A DNA stretch of 57,614 bases, from positions 1 to 57,614 of the forward strand of contig DAOMGE010000017.1 in assembly GCA_035430165.1 (NCBI GenBank), given 5' to 3'. The DNA comes from Pseudomonadales bacterium. GTDB taxonomy: Bacteria; Pseudomonadota; Gammaproteobacteria; Pseudomonadales; UBA7239. The position numbers were made by a program, and so were the translations under genes. The notes below the pieces were generated by a model. The model was not told the DNA's origin. It saw nothing but the letters and a program-made list of their open reading frames with translations, and ran no database searches. Shown here one piece after another: positions 22,365 to 30,990 of the stretch (positions are counted from its first letter, which is position 1; the number at the start of each line of letters is the position of its first letter).

Positions 22365-23471
22365 ATGCAAATCAATATACAGCTACTCAGATTCCTGGCG
22401 ACACTCGCTGTCGTGTTGTGCCATGCAGCCCCACATTACATTGCCGCAGGCGGCACGGGGTACGAAAGACTGTTCCACTACTTGCCCGTTGCAGGCAATG
22501 TCGGCGTTGATGCATTTTTTGTTATCAGTGGCTATATCCTGTGGATCACCACCAGCCGACGCGCAGGACCGGGTGATAGCGGAAAATTTCTCTATCGCCG
22601 CGCAACCCGCATTTATCTCGGGTATTGGCCTTTTCTGTTGCTCATGGTGGCCATGCATGCGTGGTACAAGGTTCCCGAACCAGCCGATAGCGATCTGTGG
22701 GGTTCCATCCTGCTTACACAGAATGAGTCGCGCCAGCTTTTGTTACCGGTCGCCTGGACGCTCTCGTACGAAGTCTATTTCTATCTGGTTTTTTCCATCC
22801 TGCTGCTGCTACCTGTGGACCGGCGCTTGCAAGGCGTCCTGGTCTGGCTTGCACTTTTTCTGTTGGCAATGACCCTGTTGTGGCTGGTGTTCAACGGTCA
22901 CCTTAAGCACGGCAGCAAACTGATTATCAAGGCCTGCAGTTTTGCACTGTCCTCGTACTGCCTCGATTTTATTGGCGGCTGTCTACTGGCACGCCATCTC
23001 GAAAAAGGAGGATCAATCAACAAGATAGGCTGCGGCATTTTATTTATTACGCTAATGGGCATTGTGGCGTATTGCTATGCGCGGAATGACATGGGAGCCA
23101 ATGCTGTTATGAATTACCCGTATCGTCGCGCAGCACTGTATGGCATCGCGGCTATTGTACTGGTAGCGCTGATGGCCGGACTTGAAAAAGATGGGCGCAT
23201 TTTTGCGCCGCAATTATCCCTGTTACTCGGCAATGCCACCTACAGCACCTATCTTTCCCATACTATCCTGCTGGAATGGCTCTACCATACCGGTTTGCGC
23301 AACGCAGTAAAAGACGGGCAGTATCCGGCAACACTTTTCATCGTGTTTGCACTGGTTTTTGTTATGGCGTACAGCCTGATCCATTTCCGCTGGATTGAAA
23401 CACCGTTGATGAGCCTGTCAAGAAAGCTTGCACGCCGCTGGGAAAATAAAGAAGGAAAATGCACGGAATAA
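22365..23471 (+). CDS. Acyltransferase family 3 (OafA/YrhL-like) integral membrane O-acyltransferase
   Basis: N-terminal MQINIQLLRFLATLAVVLCH (conserved AT3 N-terminus), about 10 TM segments. AGGA RBS 8 nt upstream of ATG 22365; ATG 22356 is also possible. Confidence 0.75.
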   Translation: MQINIQLLRFLATLAVVLCHAAPHYIAAGGTGYERLFHYLPVAGNVGVDAFFVISGYILWITTSRRAGPGDSGKFLYRRATRIYLGYWPFLLLMVAMHAWYKVPEPADSDLWGSILLTQNESRQLLLPVAWTLSYEVYFYLVFSILLLLPVDRRLQGVLVWLALFLLAMTLLWLVFNGHLKHGSKLIIKACSFALSSYCLDFIGGCLLARHLEKGGSINKIGCGILFITLMGIVAYCYARNDMGANAVMNYPYRRAALYGIAAIVLVALMAGLEKDGRIFAPQLSLLLGNATYSTYLSHTILLEWLYHTGLRNAVKDGQYPATLFIVFALVFVMAYSLIHFRWIETPLMSLSRKLARRWENKEGKCTE

Positions 23472-23490
23472 TGCAGGTAATCAGCAACTG

Positions 23491-24132
23491 TCACCGACCT
23501 GCTTTTTCCTGATAGCGCTGTTTTAATGCAGCATACAAGTCATCCTTGAACGTCGGCGCACTGATATCGAGCGTCGCCATCAATTCCACCAGATGTTCAT
23601 TGTCTTCGCGACCTGCCCAGATTTTCACATAGCTGCCATCTTTGTAGCCATGATCCTGCCGGAAAAAATTCAGCACATTCTTGCCGACATAACCACGGTA
23701 CAGTGCATTGAAATCGAGATCTGCTGCCGCCATCAGATGTGCAAATGCTGTCAGGTCAAATGCGCGCTGGTTGAGTGTTGCTTGCACAAAATTTTCCAGG
23801 GCCATACGAAAATCCTGCACTACGCAGGATTCGCGCAACGCCGACGACAATGTATTCGCCAATGCATCAACATCCTCATGTTGCAGCAACAGATCACTGA
23901 GGCCAAAATGCCAGATATCAATCAGCTCAAGCTTGACTTGCTCCCAGTCCGGCTGCTGTTTTTTCCACCACTTCCAGCCGTAGTGATCCATCAGTTCCGC
24001 ACACTCCACCCAGATAGCGCGATACCATTCATAACCTTGTGTGCGCCATTGCGGATGCACCTTGGTATTCATGCTGTCCTGCAGTGCCAACATGGCAAGA
24101 ATTTGTGTCTGCATTGCACCTGCTCCTGACAA
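23491..24132 (-). CDS. All-alpha NTP pyrophosphatase, dimeric dUTPase (dUTPase_2)-like
   Basis: Motifs WVECAELMDHYGWKWWKK and LELIDIWHFGLS resemble the dimeric-dUTPase / MazG-like all-alpha fold. 213 aa; the start may be the internal MQTQILAML. Confidence 0.5.
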   Translation of the reverse strand: MSGAGAMQTQILAMLALQDSMNTKVHPQWRTQGYEWYRAIWVECAELMDHYGWKWWKKQQPDWEQVKLELIDIWHFGLSDLLLQHEDVDALANTLSSALRESCVVQDFRMALENFVQATLNQRAFDLTAFAHLMAAADLDFNALYRGYVGKNVLNFFRQDHGYKDGSYVKIWAGREDNEHLVELMATLDISAPTFKDDLYAALKQRYQEKAGR

Positions 24133-24191
24133 TTATGCTGCGGTGCGCATGGTAACATGCGGCAGGTTTGTCACTGCTGCGGAGGTTAGCC

Positions 24192-25265
24192 ATGCTCGAT
24201 CGCAAAACACTGGAGCCGGTTGTCGCCTTGTCGGCACTCGCCATGCTGGTTGCCGGTTGCGTGATGATCATCCTCCCCTTCATATCTGCTGTTGTCTGGG
24301 CTGCCATTTTCGTATTTGCGACCCGCCACATTTACTGGCGTGTCAACGGCTGGCTCGGCCATCGCAACTGGTTATCGGCCAGCCTGGTGGTGGTGATGGT
24401 TTTTTCACTGGTTGTACTTCCCCTTCTTTACGCGATTATCAGTTTTGGCAGCAGTGCCAGTGAATTTGCCCTGCACATGAAAGACCAACTGCAGAACGGA
24501 ATTCCGGCATTACCAGACTGGCTGACACACGCACCGTGGGTTGGCGCAAAAATACAGGCGTGGTGGGACAAGCTGATTCTCGGCGATGCAGAAGTACGTG
24601 CCCAGCTCAACAACGCCATGGTGTACGGCCTCAAGGGCCTGCTGTCGTTCGGGGCCATGACCGGCCAAGGGCTGGGCATGCTGATCCTGAGCTGCTTTAT
24701 TGCCCTGTTTTTCTACGCCAGTTTGCCAACCGCTACACTCTGGCTACAGGTGGCCATGCAACAGGTTTCCGGCGGCCGCGCCGAGCAGCTGCTTAATATT
24801 GCTGGCGGCACGATCCAGGGTGTGATTTTCGGCATCCTCGGCACTGCAGTGGCACAGGGCTTTCTCACTGGCATCGGCCTGCTGCTTGCCGGCATCCCGA
24901 ATGCAGCCGGACTGGCTTTTCTGGCGATTGTTCTGTCCCTGATGCCCTTTGGCTCCATTCTGATTATCGGCCCAGCCGCCCTGTGGCTGCATCACCAGGG
25001 CAATGATGGCTGGATGTGGTTCCTGCTGGTGTGGGGGGCCGTGGTTGTGGGCTCAGCCGACAATATCGTCAAGCCATTACTGATCGGCCAGAACAGCAAC
25101 CTGCCTTTTGTCCTCATCTTTCTCGGCATACTGGGTGGCGCCCTGCAATTCGGTGCCTTGGGGGTTTTTCTTGGTCCCACCCTGCTGGCGATCGGCTTTT
25201 CGCTGGCCAAGGAGTGGTTCCATGGAATCGAGCAACAATCCCCCTCAAATCATAGGGATAGATGA
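24192..25265 (+). CDS. AI-2E family transporter (PerM/YdiK-like, UPF0118)
   Basis: 8-TM protein with a typical AI-2E C-terminal region (PLLIGQ...PF..IFLGILGG..FGALGVFLGP). GGAGG RBS 6 nt upstream of ATG 24192. Confidence 0.8.
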   Translation: MLDRKTLEPVVALSALAMLVAGCVMIILPFISAVVWAAIFVFATRHIYWRVNGWLGHRNWLSASLVVVMVFSLVVLPLLYAIISFGSSASEFALHMKDQLQNGIPALPDWLTHAPWVGAKIQAWWDKLILGDAEVRAQLNNAMVYGLKGLLSFGAMTGQGLGMLILSCFIALFFYASLPTATLWLQVAMQQVSGGRAEQLLNIAGGTIQGVIFGILGTAVAQGFLTGIGLLLAGIPNAAGLAFLAIVLSLMPFGSILIIGPAALWLHHQGNDGWMWFLLVWGAVVVGSADNIVKPLLIGQNSNLPFVLIFLGILGGALQFGALGVFLGPTLLAIGFSLAKEWFHGIEQQSPSNHRDR

Positions 25266-25343
25266 CAAATTGATACGTATCAAGCCAAGGCATACGACCA
25301 ATAGCTAGAATGCGAACTCCAGCTCAAGTGATGGAATTTCCGG

Positions 25344-25943
25344 ATGCTAAACAATCCCCTTAACTATCTGGTTTCACCCGCGAAGCAGTGGCAGCGCGTA
25401 GCCAATGCCAGCCTAGGCGAGCTGCGTACCTCGGCGCTTTATGTGTTCATTTTTGCGGCACTGCCCTGCTACGCCTGGTACCACGGCACCACGGAAATAG
25501 GCTGGCGTGTGATGGGCGGAGAGCTGGTGCGTCTCACACCGGACAGCGCCCTCAAGCTGGTGATCGCTTTCTACTGCGCCATCATCCTGGCATTGTGGGG
25601 TATTGGCTACGCCATCCACTGGATGGCTGGCACCTATGGCTCCATCACCACCTTTACCAGGGCCTACGCGCTGGCCGCCTACGGTGCCACGCCGCTTTTC
25701 GTCGCTGGTCTTTTCGGTTTCCATCCACTGTTGTGGCTGGATCTGACAGTCGGCATTACCGCCGTCAGCTGGGCGGTTTACCTGCTCTACAGTGGCCTGC
25801 CCGTTGTGATGAACATTCCTGTCGAACGCGGTTTTCTCTACGCCAGTGCCGTCATTGGTGTGTGCCTGGTATTTCTGATGGCGATGATGGGTGCAACCGT
25901 GATCCTGTGGGACATGGGACTGATGCCCGTATTTGTTGATTGA
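25344..25943 (+). CDS. Yip1-family (DUF1282) membrane protein
   Basis: 199 aa, 5 predicted TM segments, Yip1-like topology; sits immediately upstream of ccoN. Confidence 0.6.
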   Translation: MLNNPLNYLVSPAKQWQRVANASLGELRTSALYVFIFAALPCYAWYHGTTEIGWRVMGGELVRLTPDSALKLVIAFYCAIILALWGIGYAIHWMAGTYGSITTFTRAYALAAYGATPLFVAGLFGFHPLLWLDLTVGITAVSWAVYLLYSGLPVVMNIPVERGFLYASAVIGVCLVFLMAMMGATVILWDMGLMPVFVD

Positions 25944-26034
25944 CGCGTACTTGCTGGTTACCGGAATCAGGGCTCGCAGTTTCCCGGGTCGTGGTTTCAC
26001 ATTTTCTTCCCTCTCCTGGCCCTGAAGGAGCTTT

Positions 26035-27468
26035 ATGCAAGCTGTAAACCCGAACCCGAATCCTGTGGCTTTTGACCACGACCTTTACAATTACAAGGTA
26101 ATCAGGCAATTCACCGTGATGACCGTGGTGTGGGGGATTGTCGGCATGCTGGTGGGCGTGATCATCGCCGCCCAGCTGGTCTGGCCTGACCTCAACTTCG
26201 GCCAGTCATGGTTGTCGTTCGGTCGCTTACGACCTCTCCATACCAACGCTGTGATTTTCGCGTTCGGTGGCTGCGCCCTTTTTGCCTGCTCATTCTACGT
26301 GGTGCAACGCACCTGTCAGGCACGACTCATTTCCGACACGCTCGCCTCGCTGGTTTTCTGGGGTTGGCAGCTGATCATTGTGATGGCGGCCATCACCCTT
26401 CCCCTGGGCATCACATCGGGCAAGGAGTACGCCGAGCTGGAGTGGCCAATCGACATCCTGATCACCATTGTCTGGGTGCTGTATGCCATTGTCTTTTTCG
26501 GCACGATCATGAAACGCAAGACCTCGCATATTTATGTGGCTAACTGGTTTTTCTCTGCTTTTATCATCACGGTAGCTGTGCTGCATATCATCAACAGCGC
26601 AGAAATCCCGGTCACACTGTTCAAATCCTATTCGGTGTATTCCGGCGCCGTCGATGCGATGGTGCAGTGGTGGTACGGCCACAACGCGGTAGGATTTTTC
26701 CTGACGGCTGGCTTCCTCGGCATCATGTACTACTTCGTACCAAAGCAGGCCGGACGTCCGGTGTATTCCTACCGCTTGTCCATCGTGCATTTCTGGGCCC
26801 TGGTGGCCGTGTACATCTGGGCTGGCCCGCACCATCTGCATTACACCGCCCTGCCCAGCTGGGCACAAAGCCTCGGCATGGTGATGTCACTGATCCTGCT
26901 GGCGCCCTCCTGGGGTGGCATGATCAACGGCATCATGACGCTGTCCGGCGCATGGCATAAATTGCGCGATGACCCGGTGCTTCGCTTCCTGATTGTTTCC
27001 CTGTCTTTTTACGGCATGTCGACCTTCGAAGGCCCGATGATGTCGATCAAGACTGTCAACGCCATGTCGCACTACACGGACTGGACTATCGGACATGTGC
27101 ATTCCGGCGCGTTGGGCTGGGTAGCGATGGTAACCATCGGCGCGGTATATCACCTGACACCGGTATTGTTTGGCAAACGCGGCCTGTACAGCGTCAACCT
27201 GGTGAATGTGCACTTCTGGCTCTCAACCATCGGCACCGTGCTCTACATCGCTTCCATGTGGGTCAACGGCATCATCCAGGGCCTGATGTGGCGCGCCTAC
27301 AACAGCGACGGCACCCTGACCTACAGCTTTGTTGAATCGGTAGCTGCCAGCCACCCCGGCTACATCGTGCGGTTGGCCGGTGGCGTGCTATTCCTGACCG
27401 GCATGTTGATCATGGCATACAACGTCTGGCAGACCACCAAAATGCCTAGCAATGGCGCGGAGAAGTAA
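26035..27468 (+). CDS. ccoN: cbb3-type cytochrome c oxidase subunit I
   Basis: 477-aa, 12-TM haem-copper oxidase with the His ligands of CcoN and a start typical of CcoN ([17 protein letters not shown]). AAGGAG RBS. Confidence 0.93.
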   Translation: MQAVNPNPNPVAFDHDLYNYKVIRQFTVMTVVWGIVGMLVGVIIAAQLVWPDLNFGQSWLSFGRLRPLHTNAVIFAFGGCALFACSFYVVQRTCQARLISDTLASLVFWGWQLIIVMAAITLPLGITSGKEYAELEWPIDILITIVWVLYAIVFFGTIMKRKTSHIYVANWFFSAFIITVAVLHIINSAEIPVTLFKSYSVYSGAVDAMVQWWYGHNAVGFFLTAGFLGIMYYFVPKQAGRPVYSYRLSIVHFWALVAVYIWAGPHHLHYTALPSWAQSLGMVMSLILLAPSWGGMINGIMTLSGAWHKLRDDPVLRFLIVSLSFYGMSTFEGPMMSIKTVNAMSHYTDWTIGHVHSGALGWVAMVTIGAVYHLTPVLFGKRGLYSVNLVNVHFWLSTIGTVLYIASMWVNGIIQGLMWRAYNSDGTLTYSFVESVAASHPGYIVRLAGGVLFLTGMLIMAYNVWQTTKMPSNGAEK

Positions 27469-27470
27469 TC

Positions 27471-28130
27471 ATGGCCGCTCACAACTCGCAAGAAAGTCGT
27501 CACAGCAAGATTGAGAAAAACATTGGCCTGATGATGGTGTTGACCCTGCTCGTTATCAGCATCGGCGCACTGGTGGAAATCGTGCCTCTCGCATTCCAGA
27601 AGGATGTGACCGAGCCGATCAAGGGATTGAAACCATTGACTGCCCTGCAACTGGAAGGACGCGATATCTATATCCGTGAGGGCTGCAACGTTTGCCATTC
27701 GCAAATGATTCGTCCGTTCCGCGCCGAGACAGAGCGTTATGGCCATTACTCGGTCGCGGGCGAATCCGTCTATGACCACCCGTTCCTGTGGGGCTCCAAG
27801 CGCACAGGTCCGGATCTGGCTCGTGTTGGCGGTCGTTACAGTGACGAATGGCATCGCGCACATTTATACAACCCCCGCGATGTAGTGCCGGAATCCATCA
27901 TGCCCGCCTACCACTGGCTGTTTGAAAACACGCTCGATGGCAAGAACACCGGCGCGAAAATGCACGCACTGCGCGCCGTCGGTGTGCCCTACACCGATGA
28001 AGACATCGCAGGCGCTGAAGCTGCTGTGGCCGGCAAACCCGAAGTGGATGCAGTGATTGCCTACCTGCAACAGCTGGGCACGCTGATTCCCTCCAATGCC
28101 GCTGCTGCAAATGCAGCAACACCGCGTTGA
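27471..28130 (+). CDS. ccoO: cbb3-type cytochrome c oxidase subunit II (monohaem)
   Basis: Single CNVCH haem motif, N-terminal TM anchor, 219 aa. Confidence 0.92.
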   Translation: MAAHNSQESRHSKIEKNIGLMMVLTLLVISIGALVEIVPLAFQKDVTEPIKGLKPLTALQLEGRDIYIREGCNVCHSQMIRPFRAETERYGHYSVAGESVYDHPFLWGSKRTGPDLARVGGRYSDEWHRAHLYNPRDVVPESIMPAYHWLFENTLDGKNTGAKMHALRAVGVPYTDEDIAGAEAAVAGKPEVDAVIAYLQQLGTLIPSNAAAANAATPR

Positions 28131-28139
28131 GGAGGCGAT

Positions 28140-28343
28140 ATGGACATTGATATCAATACGCTGCGTGGCCTGCTGACACTTGCATTGCTGGTCTGTTTCA
28201 CAGGCATTTGTTTCTGGGCTTACAGCAAAAAGCAGGCCGCGGGATTCAGTGAAGCCGCCAACCTGCCTTTTGCAGATGAACCTGTTGCCCTCAACGCCAC
28301 CAGCAAAACGCCATCTGAAAAAAATAGTGGAGAGCCATCATGA
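28140..28343 (+). CDS. ccoQ: cbb3-type cytochrome c oxidase subunit CcoQ
   Basis: 67-aa single-TM protein (LRGLLTLALLVCFTGICFWAY) between ccoO and ccoP. Confidence 0.85.
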   Translation: MDIDINTLRGLLTLALLVCFTGICFWAYSKKQAAGFSEAANLPFADEPVALNATSKTPSEKNSGEPS

Positions 28344-29209
28344 GCAGTTTCTGGAATGGATGGATTGTTGTTCTCACCATTGGCACCCTGGTTGGCCTGC
28401 TGTGGCTGCTTTTCGGCAATCGCACACGTCCCGGTGACGAAGAAGCAAAGACTGGCCATGTCTATGACGGTATCGAGGAATACGATCACCCGTTGCCCTC
28501 ATGGTGGTTATACCTGTTCGTCATCACTATCGTATTTGGTATCGGCTACTTGGTCCTGTTTCCTGGCATGGGCAATTTCAAGGGTCTGCTCGGCTGGACA
28601 CCGGAAAAAGAATGGCAACAGGAAAGTGAAAAAATGGACAACAAGGTCAATACCGTGTTGGCCAGATATGCAAACACGCCCATTGGGGAGCTGGCAAAGG
28701 ACGAAAAAGTGCGTCGCATTGGCCAGCGCCTGTTTGGTTCGAATTGCTCTGTCTGCCACGGTGCCGATGCCGGCGGAAACAAGGGATTTCCCAATCTCCG
28801 TGACAACGACTGGTTGTACGGTGGCACACCGGATCGCATCGTAGAGACGATTACCAAAGGCCGGAAAGGCAGCATGCCTGCATGGCGTGGCATCCTCACC
28901 GAACAACAGATTGATGATGTGGCTGCCTGGGTAACCACAACAGATGCCGCCCAGAAACCTGCAGCGGGAGCACAAGTTTTCGCGACGTACTGTGCAGCGT
29001 GCCATGGCGCCGATGCCAAGGGCAATCAACTGGTTGGCGCACCGAACCTGACTGACAATATCTGGCTGTATGGCGGTTCGCCCGGTGATGTAAAAACCAC
29101 CATACTCGGCGGCAGGAACGGCCAGATGCCCGCGCATGAAAATCTGCTGACGCCCGACAAAATTCATGTACTGGCTGCCTACATCTACAGTCTCCACAAC
29201 GCACAGTAA
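28340..29209 (+). CDS. ccoP: cbb3-type cytochrome c oxidase subunit III (dihaem)
   Basis: Two CxxCH motifs (CSVCH, CAACH), N-terminal TM anchor; overlaps ccoQ by 4 nt. Confidence 0.92.
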   Translation: MSSFWNGWIVVLTIGTLVGLLWLLFGNRTRPGDEEAKTGHVYDGIEEYDHPLPSWWLYLFVITIVFGIGYLVLFPGMGNFKGLLGWTPEKEWQQESEKMDNKVNTVLARYANTPIGELAKDEKVRRIGQRLFGSNCSVCHGADAGGNKGFPNLRDNDWLYGGTPDRIVETITKGRKGSMPAWRGILTEQQIDDVAAWVTTTDAAQKPAAGAQVFATYCAACHGADAKGNQLVGAPNLTDNIWLYGGSPGDVKTTILGGRNGQMPAHENLLTPDKIHVLAAYIYSLHNAQ

Positions 29210-29223
29210 AACCCTGCGTCTAT

Positions 29224-29255
29224 TCGCCGCATCATCCGGTGCGGCGATACCTTTT
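29224..29255 (+). terminator. Candidate intrinsic terminator/attenuator hairpin between ccoP and ccoG
   Basis: 8-bp stem TCGCCGCA/TGCGGCGA with an 8-nt loop, followed by TACCTTTT; lies between the ccoNOQP and ccoGHIS blocks. Confidence 0.35.
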
Positions 29256-29292
29256 ACAATCTGCACTTCCTGTTCCGCGAGATGGTGTTTTG

Positions 29293-30750
29293 ATGTTACC
29301 GCCTGATTCGACTCAGCAAGACTCGTCTGACACAAACCGGATTCCTGCTGTCAACGAATATGCACCACGAGAAGTTGCCGAACTGGATCTCTACCAGAAG
29401 CGTGAAAAAATCTACACACGCAACATTGAAGGTTTTTTCCAGCACATAAGGCTATTTACCGGCTGGCCATTACTGATCGGTTATTTTTTCCTGCCCTGGA
29501 CACACTGGCACGGCCACCAGACGGTGTTATTTGATTTGCCCAACCGCAAATTCTATGTTTTCGATCTCGTGTTCTGGCCCCAGGATCTGGTGCTGCTCGC
29601 GTGGTTCCTCATTATCGCTGCGTTTGCATTATTCCTGTTTACCTCGTTATTCGGCCGCATCTGGTGCGGGTATTCCTGTCCGCAAACCGTGTGGACCAGC
29701 ATTTTCATGTGGATGGAGCAGAAGGCAGAAGGCAGCCGCAACCAGCGTATCAAACTGGATCAGGCGGCATGGTCTCTGGAAAAAATTATCCGCAAAACCC
29801 TCAAACACGCGATGTGGGCTGTATTTGCATTTTTTACCGGCTTCACTTTCATCGGCTATTTCGTGCCGATCACCGATCTCACTTTCACATTTTTCTCCGG
29901 CACGGCTGAATCTGCCGCCTACACCTGGATAGGGATTTTTTCATTCCTCACTTACCTGAACGCAGGCTGGATGCGTGAACAGGTCTGCCTCTACATGTGT
30001 CCATACGCACGTTTCCAGTCTGCCATGTTTGATCGCGACACACTGATCGTCACTTATGACACGCAACGCGGGGAACCGCGCGGCTCACGCCGGGTACACG
30101 CAGGCGAGACCAAACCGGCAGGCATGGGTGATTGCATCGATTGCCAGCTGTGCGTGCAGGTCTGCCCCACTGGCATCGATATACGTAATGGTTTGCAATA
30201 CGAATGCATCAACTGCGCGCTGTGCGTGGATGCCTGTAACTCGGTAATGGAAAAAATCGGCTATGCACCGAATCTGGTTGCCTACAGCACTGAAAACCGC
30301 ATGGAAGGAAAACCGGGGAAACTGCTACGCCTGCGCACGGTCGGTTATGGCGTTGCACTGCTGGTGATGTGCTCCCTGTTTATCGGTGCATTGGTCAAAC
30401 GGGAAACCACAGACCTGAAAATTATTCGCGAACGCAACACGCTGTATCAGTTGCATGACGGCAATATCGAAAACGTTTACACAGTCAAGCTCGGCAACCA
30501 TGACCGCCTCGCGCACCAGTACACGCTCAGCACCGATTTGCCACAAGGCACGATCAAAGGCCAGACCAGCATACTGGTGGAATCCGGAGAGGAGCTCAGC
30601 TTGCCATTGCGCTTGTCGCTACCGCAAGGCGTGTGGGATAAACACAACCGGGATATCCATTTCACTGCCTGCCTGTCGGATGCTGCAAATATTGATCAGC
30701 AACCGACCTGCGTGCATCATGAAAGCCGTTTCACGGGGCCAAACCAATGA
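29293..30750 (+). CDS. ccoG: cbb3 oxidase assembly ferredoxin CcoG/FixG (2x[4Fe-4S])
   Basis: Polytopic N-terminal region plus ferredoxin motifs (CIDCQLCVQVCP; CINCALCVDAC). Start taken at MLPPDS (29293); an upstream ATG at 29239 is also in frame. Confidence 0.88.
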   Translation: MLPPDSTQQDSSDTNRIPAVNEYAPREVAELDLYQKREKIYTRNIEGFFQHIRLFTGWPLLIGYFFLPWTHWHGHQTVLFDLPNRKFYVFDLVFWPQDLVLLAWFLIIAAFALFLFTSLFGRIWCGYSCPQTVWTSIFMWMEQKAEGSRNQRIKLDQAAWSLEKIIRKTLKHAMWAVFAFFTGFTFIGYFVPITDLTFTFFSGTAESAAYTWIGIFSFLTYLNAGWMREQVCLYMCPYARFQSAMFDRDTLIVTYDTQRGEPRGSRRVHAGETKPAGMGDCIDCQLCVQVCPTGIDIRNGLQYECINCALCVDACNSVMEKIGYAPNLVAYSTENRMEGKPGKLLRLRTVGYGVALLVMCSLFIGALVKRETTDLKIIRERNTLYQLHDGNIENVYTVKLGNHDRLAHQYTLSTDLPQGTIKGQTSILVESGEELSLPLRLSLPQGVWDKHNRDIHFTACLSDAANIDQQPTCVHHESRFTGPNQ

Positions 30751-30977
30751 ACGCATCGCAACACACATTACAAGCTACCGATACACAAGCCTGGTACAGG
30801 CAGTTCTGGCCATGGTTCCTGATCGCATTGTTGGTAGCAGCAATGGCCATGGGTTTCACTTTCCTGTATTTCGCCATGCATGGCGCCGACCCTGTGATTG
30901 ATGACGACTATTACCAACACGGCATCGACATCAACAAGACACTGGAACAACAACACACGCCGCAGGCACATCACTGA
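30747..30977 (+). CDS. ccoH: CcoH/FixH-like protein, truncated (76 aa: N-terminal TM plus start of periplasmic domain only)
   Basis: Conserved FixH N-terminal features (W.RQFWPWFLIALLV...; DDDYYQHGIDINK) in the canonical ccoG-H-I-S position, but only 76 aa versus the roughly 160 aa I expect for FixH. Overlaps the ccoG stop by 4 nt. Confidence 0.6.
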   Translation: MNASQHTLQATDTQAWYRQFWPWFLIALLVAAMAMGFTFLYFAMHGADPVIDDDYYQHGIDINKTLEQQHTPQAHH

Positions 30978-30990
30978 ACGACCTGCCCTG

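Noticed and set aside
30898-30990. Upstream in-frame extension of ccoI (MMTTITNTASTSTRHWNNN...)
   Set aside because: It would overlap ccoH by 80 nt, and it has no similarity to FixI N-termini or the FixH C-terminal domain. ATG 30991 places the CCFHC motif at the usual distance from the start.
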